Shown in pieces: positions 13,286-24,031 of a stretch of DNA of 64,000 bases (the first letter of the stretch is position 1; every line of letters starts with the position of its first letter). The DNA lies in the NCBI GenBank assembly GCA_964106645.2, contig OZ067039.1; one strand, written 5' to 3'. The DNA is from Podarcis pityusensis. Its lineage: Eukaryota. The notes below the pieces were generated by a model. The model was not told the DNA's origin. It worked only from the letters and a program-made list of their open reading frames with translations, and made no database searches. Both the position numbers and the translations under genes were made by a program.

Positions 13286-14570
13286 TAATAATAATGTCCA
13301 AATGACAAATGGTATGGGGAGACTAGGATTCCACTTTACCTGGCCATCTACCAGCTGCTTGGGAGACAACAATACAAGTTATTCTTCGTCTAAACTCCTA
13401 CAGAGTTAGAATCACTTTCCTACAAACAAGACTGCACCAGTTTTTGGAAGTATCAGAATTGGTGATAAAGAAACACAGATTTTGTACCTAGAAAAACTGA
13501 TTCTGTGACCTGCATTAATTGTGCAGATCTTCCTATATGTGCCTCTTTATTGCACAATTTATTCTGCTTATGAATTTTGAGAGAGTACTGGGGGCACCAG
13601 TCACAAGTTGGCTGCTATGGGAGTGGTGTGGCATAGCACAAAATGGTGGCCATGCAGAGCATGGAAAAACACAAAATTAGAGGCAGCCCCCCCAGCAGCT
13701 TGATTAAGACCATAGTTGAACTTTTCGACCATATTCAATCATATTGGATAATTGCTGAGAAGTGTTCTATTATTGGGCTAGCTGCTTAAGTGAGTCATGG
13801 TCTAGCTAGGCTTTTTGGCATTATCCTCAGCTCCTTCAGACCCAGGACCCAGTTTTAACCCAAACATGCATTTGGAGACCTTTTTCTAAATCTTTTACCA
13901 TACATTTGCATGATAGTAGAGCTCCAGTAGTGACTTACCTTGGATCAGGCTCCTGGCCCACTAGTTGAAGACCAGTGATCTAGATCCATTTTGGCATGGA
14001 TTTGGCAGATGATTTACTCCACCGGGGTAAATGTTGGCCTGCTGGTTCAGCTGGACTCCTCAGCAGATGCCATTGATGATTCCAGATTGCCAGGCTACCG
14101 TGAGGTGACCCCTGTCCTTCTTGAAATATAGTTTTTAGAAGGTGGTACCAGGAAATTTCCAACTCACACCCTGGTTCATGGCAACCCTCTTGGGCTGCTT
14201 GGAGTTCTGAGAAAGAGTTGTTTCTCAGATTGTTTGCAGTTTGAGAAAGCCCTTGGATCCTACTTTTGCTTCTGTATTCCCATGTGGTGGCCATCTTTGG
14301 AGGGCAGGTTTCTTTGTTCTGCTGTGCTCTTCTGCACTAGCTTCAAGCTTGTACTGCTGAGGGCTTTTTGAGAAATTCATGGGGCTTTGAATCCAAAGCT
14401 GCCAGTCCCCTGCCTCACAGTGCCCCATTCCGGGACTTTCTACTGTGATACATTCAGTGGGAGCTCACTGCCAACCTGGGCAAAGCTAAAGCCATTGCTG
14501 TGGTGAAGCCCCCCTACCTGCCTCTCCCCCCCGGCCATCTGGGCAGTGTTAATTGCACTCTTCCTGTATA

Positions 14571-14811
14571 CAGTGGTACCTTGGTTCTCAAACGTAATCT
14601 GTTCTGGTACACGGTTTGACTTCCAAAACGTTTGAAAACTGAGGCGCAAAGGGCTGGCGGCAAGTTCAATTGGAAAAACTGAAAAACACGCAGTGGAAGC
14701 CGTTCAACTACCAAGGCATGTTCAGAAACGGAAGCAATTACTTCTGGGTTTTTGGTGTTCGAAGACCAAAAAATTCGGCTTCCGAGATGCTCGTAAACAG
14801 AGGTACCACTG
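14571..14811. mobile_element. Tc1/mariner-pogo (Tigger-like) MITE
   Basis: TIRs CAGTGGTACCT / AGGTACCACTG flanked by TA. Shares subterminal GACTTCCAAAAC with the 13042 element in opposite orientation. Confidence 0.88.
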
Positions 14812-16404
14812 TACCTCATTTTTTACTACTCCAGTTACAGTGGGAGGTAACTGCCTGGAAGCACACTAAGATACGATTGCTTTCTCTCCCTCTCTCTGAT
14901 CAAGCATAGGTAAGGTTGTCTCTGCAGGAGTTTTGTGACCCTGCAAACAATAGTCCTTTGGCCTAGCCTACCTGGTTGAATACAGAAAGGAAGTTTACAG
15001 CTGAAATGAAATTAGTTTATTCTGCAAGGGCCTGCAGATGGATTGGGAGTATTAAAACTGCCCTCCACTGTTTTGGCATTTCGGGCTAACACACCTTCTC
15101 CCCCTCACCCCACCCCAGTGTTTTAGAAGCCACATATCAGTAAACGTATGTACAATAAATGCTATGGCGCTTATTGAAAGGCAAGGGAAGATAAGCCTTG
15201 CCGGCTTCCTCTCTATTTTGGATATGGCTTGCTAAAAATGCACTCTATAAAGCTATTCTGCAGACCTCTCTTGGTCTCCCAGAGAGACCTGAACAGCCTC
15301 GCAACTGTTTTGTGAACAGGGTCCACTTCATCCTGCCCCTGCCCAGTCCTCTCATCCCTTGTTGAATTCTGTCTGTCTCTGGGGCAGAATGTAGGAGTTG
15401 TTTAACATCTGTGCAGACACAAGGGCCAGCGGCTTAGGACAGGATGTGGGCAACGTGGTGTCCATGCGAAACTACAGGGAGGAATGTAACATGGGTGGAT
15501 TCTGTAGTTTGCATGTGTGTGTCTGCAGCTTGCAAGCACATTCCTCTTGCCGCCCATGAGATACAACACTCCCTATTTAGGAGTGACCTGGGGGAGAACT
15601 GGAAAGCACACAGGTGCAGAATTATATAGTGCCATTCCCCTTGGGCCCTGTAGCACAGATGCGAAGAGCTGCACAATGAATCCTTGAGACTGTGATAAAA
15701 GCTGACAAGAAGAATTCCTCAAGTGGTGCTGGTTAAAACATGTGCATGGAAGGCCTCGTCTCTTGTTAGACCAGCTGCTAGCCACAGTATCTTGGCCCCT
15801 GTAAAAGGACAGGCAACTTTTTTCCACATGCTTTAGACCCTTTACAAGACTACGCTCGCTTTACTATGTGGTTTCAAAGTAGGTTTAGGCACCAGGCAGC
15901 TGTCATAAAGCAGGGAGAGATAGCTAGGCCCTCTCTAGCATTCTAATCTCCAAGAACAGATTCTTTCAGTGGACATTCAACCCGCTTAAACTCTGAATGT
16001 GTGTATTTTCTCCTTTCTGCTCCTGACCCTTTTTCCTTGTGTTGTGTCTGTTGTAAGCCATTCTGCAAGGCCATGCCTATGTTATCTTTTGTACAGACTG
16101 TAGTGAACTTTACAGCATAAATACTGTAATGGCAGTGGTAATGATAATAATAGTAATAAACTAATAATAGTAATAGGTAAACATAGAACTCTTCTGCCTC
16201 AAAGTAGCAGCAGAGGTCTTTTATCTAAAGGTGCTCCATTAGCTGAAGCAGATCTATAGCTCTCTCCACCTGGAGAAGACTAATTAGATGAGAGATTTGC
16301 TGCAACACAAGCTAATATTACCAACTGTGGTTTATTAAAACAAGAATAAGCTGTGTGCCCACATGCTCCCTCTTCACTCCCCCCATTCTTCCTCCCTTCA
16401 TAAT

Positions 16405-16550
16405 CATGGGTGTAGCCAGGATTTTTGTTAGGGGGGGGCAGGCCTTTTGTTGGGGGGGGGGGCAGAACCTCAGTTCGCTATGTATTTATATTGAGTTTTA
16501 TTTATTTCGGGGGCCAGCTGCCCCCTCCCCGCTCCGTGGTTATGCTGGTG
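16405..16550. mobile_element. hAT-like non-autonomous element (degenerate)
   Basis: Starts CATGGGTGTAGCCAGG, G-rich interior, degenerate right TIR GTGGTTATGCTGGTG. Imperfect flanking repeat TTCATAAT / CTTCATAT. Confidence 0.55.
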
Positions 16551-18164
16551 CTTCATATGTCCAGCTTCAGCAGAAATTTCCTGATTTCTACTGTTTCTTG
16601 TGACTTTTGAAGAGGGAAAATATGGTAGCTGATCACTTCCGTTTTCTGTAGTTTAGTTCTTTGGCAAAGTGGCACAATTGGTAGGTATGTAGGTCACCAT
16701 TCTTTTGGAAACATTAAGTGAACAAAGAATATGGGGAAGTGACGGTTATTCCATTCATGGAAGGTTACCCTTTAAATGGTTACAACACCCTGGTCAGTTT
16801 GCTGCTTTTTCTAGCACTTTACAGTCTCAACTTGAAGAGGACTATTCATGTAGCTGTAAACCATTGAAAAGGATACAGGAGCATAAAGGTTGCTATGACC
16901 TGCCATTAGGGTATTTGATTGAATCAAAAGTTGGCCTTAATGTGATGTGGTTAATGGCGAGTTCCAAAGCTTCTACACTGAAAAGATTGATTCCTCACAG
17001 ATGCAAAGCAAACCTTATGTGACACTTGTAAAAGTGTAAGTTCCTCAGATTAAGAGGTTCAGTAGACACACATGGTGCAAGGCGGTCTCTTAAGCTGATT
17101 AGCATGTTGTTAATTAGTCTCACCCAGGTAGCTTGTAAACAAAGAAATCTTCACCAAAACTGGGGGTGCAAAGAAAGAGTGAGGAAGGAGTTTGCAGGTG
17201 CAAAACCTGTTTGCAGCCCCTGGGACTGCATCTCTGTTACTACATCTGAACTGGGCCTCAGGTTGCTGCATCTCTGCCCTATACAGGCGTAGACTGAGCA
17301 TTGTGCTAACTATGCAAGAGAATAGGATCCTGGCATACTGGTGACCTACTGTGCAATTTGCTGAGGCCACTCTTGAAAGAAAGATTCGCAGTTGAAACGG
17401 GTCCGTCTTAAAATTGCAGCTTGTGCTCACTTTTACCTTGCAATGAGCATGGTAGATAGGGTTTGTGTTGGTGTGTTTACCACAAAAACATACTACAAGG
17501 AGACAGGGCTAGTTCCTATAGTTCATATGCACTTAAAAAACAATGTTGCCACCTTGTTATGGGGTAGAAGCCAGTGCACACTAAATGTTAACATGTATTT
17601 GCCTCTGCCATGAAGTGTGTGAAGTGTCTCTTACTTGCTGCATCCCAGCAGTTTTTGTTTTTGTTTTATTCAAGTGTATTGATTTTTACAGTAATTTTAT
17701 ATAGATGTAGGAACTTCAGAAATGCTACCTTTTTATTTTGGTTTCATTCCTTCACTTTGATAATTTCCACATTTGGGAACTGTCCCATGTCCTTGTTTTG
17801 CACTCTTCTGAAAGGATTCTGAAAGTGGAAATTAGATGGTGAAGTGGTGTACCACATATCCTGATATGTGCCTGTGGAATTGTGGAATTTTTTAAAGGAA
17901 TATTGATGGAGTGAGAGGCTGCACGGTCCTCTTGAAATTCATGGGAAGGAATAGGAGGAGGGTTTTTAAGAGAGTTCTTGCACCTGTGACTGCCTTACAC
18001 ATGCGTTCCTAAGGAAGCCATCAGCAACTGCACTAGAATTATACGTTTTTGTATCTGTGGTGACTTTGCAGATATCTGTACCGTTTTCTCATTCACAGCC
18101 ATTTACATGGTGTGCTGGAATGCTGTCAAACAGCTAATCTCTTTCTTCCCTTTCTCTCCCACAG

Positions 18165-18347
18165 CCCCTGCAAATTGATGACAATTTCTGTGGTCAGGAT
18201 TTTAACCAGCCATTGGGTGGAACAGTCACCATTGAAGGTGTGCCGCTCTTTGTGGACAAGGAGGATGGCATGACATCAGTGGCTGCGTATGACTACCGTG
18301 GACACACCGTGGTCTTTGCTGGGACACGGAGAGGCAGGATAAAAAAG
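18165..18347 (+). CDS. PLXNA1: Plexin-A1, next coding exon (183 nt, 61 codons, Sema domain)
   Basis: Branch-like CTAAT (18134-18138), pyrimidine tract and CAG acceptor (ends 18164). Encodes [61 protein letters not shown], in frame with ...GCINS. Donor AAG|GTAGGG, phase 0. Confidence 0.96.
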
Positions 18348-20637
18348 GTAGGGGGCAATGAAGCTCTTTCTTTGGGGTTTTGTAGGGTTATGTTGCTTGG
18401 ACCATAAGAGGGCAAAAGCCAGAGGGTGAGAGCAATGGAATGGAAGGGGCGGATATTTCCATGTGCACAATTTCTTCATAACGTTTGGAGCTATTTCTGT
18501 ATGGAAGGATTTGACCTTGAACAACTGTTACTTGCTTTTTTCTAGTATCCTTTCCATCTGCTCTTTCAGCAGAAGTATTACCCTCTGTACAATCTCTCCT
18601 GGGGCAGAAATATTTTAAAAATACAGGCCAATATTACATGTCAAGTGCCTTTTTCTGTGCAATGTGCTAAAGCCAGATTGCTTTTCTTCATGTCTTCAGC
18701 AAGTCTTGTAGGGAAAACAGCAAATAGCAGACTCAGCTGATCTCTTTTAAAGGTCTCCTTAGAGCAGGCTTCCTTCTTGTTTAGAGGACCTTTGCCAGCC
18801 TTTTTGAGGTTGCCATCATTTCTGCTCTACCTGCCTTTGCCATGAAGTTGTTTTGCTACTTTCTTGTTATCTTCTGCAGTATTGCCACACACATTTGCCT
18901 GTGTTACACTAAGCAGATGCATTTTGGGGGGAAATTCCTGAGGACGATGGCTCTGCTCTGTCAGCAAGAACCAAAGAACTCTGATAACTGTGCATACGCG
19001 TTGGAGACTGCAGAATAACTCTGATGTGGATGATTTAAAACATCTGTGGGCCTAAGTCCACAAAGTAGAGGGAACTCATCCTTCCCCAGCTACACAAAGG
19101 GTTCTTGTTGTTGGTAATTAGCAAATAGCTGTATGCCTCTCCTCAATATCTCCACAGGGCATGGGTTTCCTGTTATCATAACATCGTTCCTATAATTACA
19201 GCTGGCTATTCCCTGTGTAAACACAGCCGGCAATAACTGCATCTTCTACCCGGCAGAATTGTATTTAGGGCCTTAGCAGAATTTTTTAGGAAGCACCTAA
19301 TCAAGTAGGGGGCTCCTCTTTACCCAAGGCATGTTGATACTGGGGTCTGAACTAAGGAATGGCTTGAATTTTGAGTTGCTTCCACCTTTGATATTTTTGC
19401 CCCTCCCTGACGAAGGTTCTAATTTTCAAAGCTTATAAGTATTTTCTAGTACAGAAGTCAGTGTAGTGTCTTTTGAATGTGAATGTAGAGAGGAAGGCAC
19501 GCAGTGGCTTAGTATATGCATTGGATGTATTAGTCTCTTGGGAAGAACAAAATCCTTGTACAAACAGAGTATATAATAGATGCAGGTGTGCATTAGTGGA
19601 AGTCAGCATGTGCTCATCAAACTCAGCTGAGAACGTTGCACATTTTGCTGCAGAAAAGGACTCGGGTTTGCCATAGGAGCACCCAGTAGCCAATTCTGTG
19701 TCCCTGAGGAGGTGTACAGTACATATATGACACATGTGTGAAAACGTGTTTAACCCATTCATACTTAACGTGCATTTTTTAATATGTATATCTTAAAAGC
19801 ATAATGTGTGAAGTGTTGGGTTGTGGCCCTTAAGATTGTGTCTTGGAAGCATAGCTTAGGAAAGGGCTGGTGCACAACATGCTAATTACGGATGTGGGGT
19901 GGCAGGAGCTTTACTCTGTTGATCAAACATTCTGTACACTGAATTTGCTCTTCGTCTTGCCCTTCTTGGAATCATCTTGTCTATGTGGAATGTTTTTCTA
20001 GCACAGGGAAACTGGTATCTACGTCTAATCCCTGCGGACTGAGAACAAGCAAGATACTGATTTTTAGTTCAGTGAATCTGGAATGCAAAGACTGGCCTGA
20101 GGCCAGGTTGAAGGTCATTTTTAGGATATGTGATTAAGACAGTGTAGGCCCCACATAAGCAGAGAAGAGTTGTTTTGTTTATTAGGAGGGTAAATAGAGT
20201 TGGTTTTGGAGCTTTTTTTAGTCTGTAGCCTTCTCAGCTCAGCACTAGGAAAACTGTGAAACCCCAAGGTAGTGTCGTAGCTGTTGTATTACAGAAATGT
20301 AGGTGTTTTGTTCAATAAGAACAACCTAGACTCTGCCACTTTGAAGCGAAAGCTCATCTTAGCCAACTTTGTTCTCTGCTCTAAATATGAGACCTCCTCA
20401 GAAAAGACAGCTCATATATCAGTATTTTAAGAAGTGATATATCAGTATTTTAAGAGAGAACGCACCTCATCAGGTGGCCTTAAGAGTGATCTTATAGGCC
20501 TCATCGTTCAAAGATTACAGATATTTTGTTTGAACAGCCAAAGTGGGTTACTTCTTATAGGAGACTGAATTCAGATACAAGGTATTGGGAGGAGTGGCTG
20601 TGTCACAGCTGCTTCATGAATTAAGTTTGCTCTACAT

Positions 20638-20774
20638 CAGGGTTTCCCAAACTTGGGCCTCCAGCTATTTTTGGACTACGGTTCCCATCATCCCTTACCA
20701 CTGGTCCTGTTACCTTAGGGATAATGGGAGTTGTAGTCCAAAAACAGTTGGAGATCCAAGTTTGGGTAACCTTG
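20638..20774. mobile_element. hAT (Charlie/Buster-type) palindromic MITE
   Basis: TIRs CAGGGTTTCCCAAACTTGG / CCAAGTTTGGGTAACCTTG, perfect 8-bp TSD CTCTACAT. Confidence 0.92.
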
Positions 20775-21574
20775 CTCTACATGGAGACAATCTCTGGGTG
20801 TGGAGACATATATGTGCTTTAAAGTATGTCTGTGGCACAAATGTTTTCCCCACTGCAGATATGCAGATTCGGCAGATGCTGTGAATTATTTATGTACAGA
20901 AAAAGTGTAATGTAGAGCATGAGGTCTTTTTAATGGTGGAGCTTGGTGCTTTTTTTATGTCTTGGGTATATGGAAAAGCTGGACTACACCATTGAGAGAG
21001 AGGACCTGGTGTACACCTCTGTTTGAAGTTCTTGAGCTAGCAATCTACGCTGTCAGCCACACTCTTGTAACTGCTAGGACACCCATACTCTTGATTCAGT
21101 GTAGCAGTAAGACTTCATTCCCTTTTGAGCAGTAGCACCTGTTCTTGATATTTCCTGACTTCTTTCCGATAAAAAGAGGCACCAGAATGGCTGGCGGCCT
21201 CTACTCCAAATGGATTGTGAGAGATTTCACATTGTCAGGGCTTTGGCTTTGTAGCCATGAAGGCTGAGAGAAGACATAGGCAGATTGTCATCCCTTTTGG
21301 ATTGATATGTGGTCTGAAGTGATTGGTGTCTCATTTCTACCATTTTCTCTTCCACTTTTAAGATTCCAAATTGCAGGCTTTAACGAGTTCTCTGCTGGGG
21401 CAGTTCTGCATGTGTGAGTGTGTGGACGGACATGTGGCAGGAGGATAGATGAAACCACTGAGATGGTGTGCTTTAGCATCCAATTATTTGTCTCTGGTGA
21501 ATCCTGATGTTTGCTTTGTGTCCAGAAAATTTCTTCCTTTGGCAGTAGTTTCCTCCTTCCTTAGAGGGAAATGA

Positions 21575-22083
21575 GGGGCAGATGGGGCTTGTCAACCCGG
21601 GAAGGTTGCCCTTCAAGGAGAAAGAAACTCTAATCCTAAACCTCTGCTGCCTTGCTGCTATATTCATTTATGAGAAAGGCTTCCGGAATAAACCCAGAGG
21701 AAAAATCTATGGGAGAAGAAAATACTAAGGAGTAAACCCTACATGAATCCAGAATGAAATCCCTAAGATAGTTGGATAGCGTCTTATACACCTCCCTCCT
21801 TCAGCCAGGTTGGTGCCAAACATCATGCTTTCTACGTCAGCAAGGCTGGGAGGGGAGTTTTGTCCAATGGGCAGCCAGGGACCTTCATACATGGTACCCA
21901 GGCTTGCACCCTAGAGAGGGCACTTCAGTGCTCCTAACACAGAAAAAACAACACGGGAGGCAGCAGTTAGGAGTTACCAGTCTCTGCAGCCACAACAGGC
22001 ATTGTGATTCTCCAGTGAGTTGACTTCACCCCCAGAGGCACAGTATCTCGAGACAGATGGCTGTCAAAAACAACAACAAAAAC
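21575..22083 (+). mobile_element. Non-autonomous non-LTR retroposon with RTE/Vingi-like 5' region
   Basis: Contains GGAGAAAGAAACTCTAATCCTAAACC and GGAGTAAACCCTAC...TTGGTGCCAAAC...TTGACTTCACCCCCAGAGGCAC...TCTCGAGACAGA with a (CAA)n tail. A second copy lies inverted at 59854-60146. The clade assignment is from memory. Confidence 0.6.
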
Positions 22084-22989
22084 ATTCCGCCTCTTCCCCT
22101 AATTTTTCCTTTCTTCCTGCCCTTTTGATTGACATATTGTTAAGATTGAAGATGCAATTGCCCTGCAAAGAAGCACAAAAGCATCTTCTGGGTCTACAAA
22201 GCAACCCCCCTGGTAGGCAGGTTGGTAAAGAATGCAGTTATAGGGTTAGTTAGGTCTAGTTTCAGCTGACTTTTCAGAGCATCCCTGCCCTCAACTTTGC
22301 ATGCCAGCTAGTTCCAAACAATGCTAAAAATAACCAAACGTGCAAACAGGGAAGAAAAGGATCTGTACCTTTGTCATATGTCAGTTTTGAGTCCAACGTA
22401 TAGGGGAACTGTAGTGGGGCTTAACCCCCCTGAAGTGTCTTCATATGTCAGTGTATAAAGTGGTCTGTGTCCCCTGCTTTAACCTTGAGGTAGTGGTGTG
22501 TGTGTCTGGAACTCCTGGGGTGACATCGAGAACTTGGTTTTTTTCAGCAAGGGCCGCCTGACTGAGATTGGAAGATGGGGAAAACGCTGCCTCAGCAGTT
22601 ACTTGATCCTCCTAGGGAGCCCTGTGCAATCAGACCCTGCCCCTGGCTGTCTCTGCAGCTACAGCAGGAACACAATTCTCCCAGGCTTCCTTCACTCTTG
22701 TTCCCCCAACCTAGAGGTAAATAGAGGATGGGACGTGCGGCTACAGAGATGTATATAATGGGAGGCATTATTTGAAGACTGCAAAAGAGATGGGGAACAG
22801 TTATTATTGCTAGGCATAGGACAAAATATTTGAGGGACGCAAGGCCCGAGAATTATAGGCAGTTTGCTGGCTAGGAAATGTGGCAGGAAGGACCCTGTGT
22901 GACACTGGAATTAAGTTTTCCTAAAGGCTTCCTGATTGTTTTGACTCCTAGTTCTTTTTAAAATCCAGTCCCTGTGCATATATAACATT

Positions 22990-23111
22990 GGGTTGTAGCC
23001 AGCATTAATCCTTCTCAGAGCAGAACCACTGGAATTAATGGCCATGTCTAACTTAAGGTCCATTGATTTAAATGAGTCTACTCTGAGTGGGATTAATGCT
23101 GGCTATAACTC
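22990..23111. mobile_element. Palindromic MITE (CTCAGAGTAGACCCATT family)
   Basis: 22-bp terminal inverted repeat with 2 mismatches. Related copies at 26213-26318 and 30830-31123. Confidence 0.75.
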
Positions 23112-23554
23112 CTCACTCTCAAAAACAGAGAGCAGAAGCGGATGGGTGAAATAATGGGTGAACTTTCTACAGGGTGAATAGCTGGAGATGTGGGGCAGTA
23201 GCATAGCCTTCCATGCAGCTCACACAGTGGCTGTCTGCAGTTTCTGTCTCCTGGCAAGGTTGTTAATCCTTTCGCTTAAAAGCAGCAAAGCTTGTGCCAG
23301 AATTCCCTTTGGTGAAAAGGTTGATCCTGGCACTGTGTGGCAAGGAAAATCTTCCCATCTCCTGTTTCTCGTAAAAGGAGGTGGAACAGATGCAGTCCTT
23401 GAGAAGGAATGTGGGCGCTGCAGGAAGGGGTGTGGCTAGCTTAAGCCATGCTTCTTCAGTGTGCTCAACACTTTCCCTTGCTCAGACTTTCCCTTGCCAG
23501 TCGCCTATGGGTGTGCTGCCCCTCAGGCGTGTATTTAGAACCTTCCAAAGGCTG

Positions 23555-23660
23555 CAGACACAGAATACATTGAGCTCCCCAAGAATCTTGGGAAGTGCAG
23601 TTTGTTAAGGGTGCTGGGAATTGTAGCTCTGTGTGGGGTGAATTGCATTTCCCAGGATTT
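23555..23660. mobile_element. MITE fragment (GGGAATTGTAGCTCTG family, possibly PIF/Harbinger)
   Basis: Shares TTTGTTAAGGGTGCTGGGAATTGTAGCTCTGTG / TTCCCAGGATT motifs with 48330-48728 and 53085-53182. Confidence 0.6.
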
Positions 23661-23904
23661 TCTGTTGTGTGCATCCTTTGTGTGGTATGTACAAAGCCAC
23701 AGTTCGATGCCACTGCCTGGGTTTTTCTACTTCAAGGTGTGTTCACCACCTCACGGGAGTCACTCTCATGAAAACGTCATTACGAAGAACAAAAGTGTTG
23801 CTTGAGCTAGGAGGCTGGGGTGGAGAGGACAGGAATTATGCTGAAGAACCTTGGGCTGCATCCTCTTTCATGACTGTTATAAATATGAACCAGCTCTCCT
23901 GGTT

Positions 23905-24031
23905 CAGGGATGGAAATCTTGTGTCGTCTTGTACTACAGCTCCATTATCTCTGACCATTAGCCATGCTAGCTAATGCTGATGGGGATTTGACTCCAGCAA
24001 CATCTGAACGGTCACAGGTTTCACCTCCCTG
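23905..24031. mobile_element. Older hAT palindromic MITE
   Basis: Ends CAGGGA...TCCCTG. Interior ACTACAGCTCC...GACCATT...CAACATCTG is related to the 20638 and 48988 elements. No clean TSD. Confidence 0.65.

Larger units (their letters stand above)
362..18164 (+). other. PLXNA1: PLXNA1 intron (17.8 kb, GT-AG, phase 0)
   Basis: Bounded by GTAAGT at 362 and CAG ending at 18164. Splicing gives a continuous plexin frame. Confidence 0.93.
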
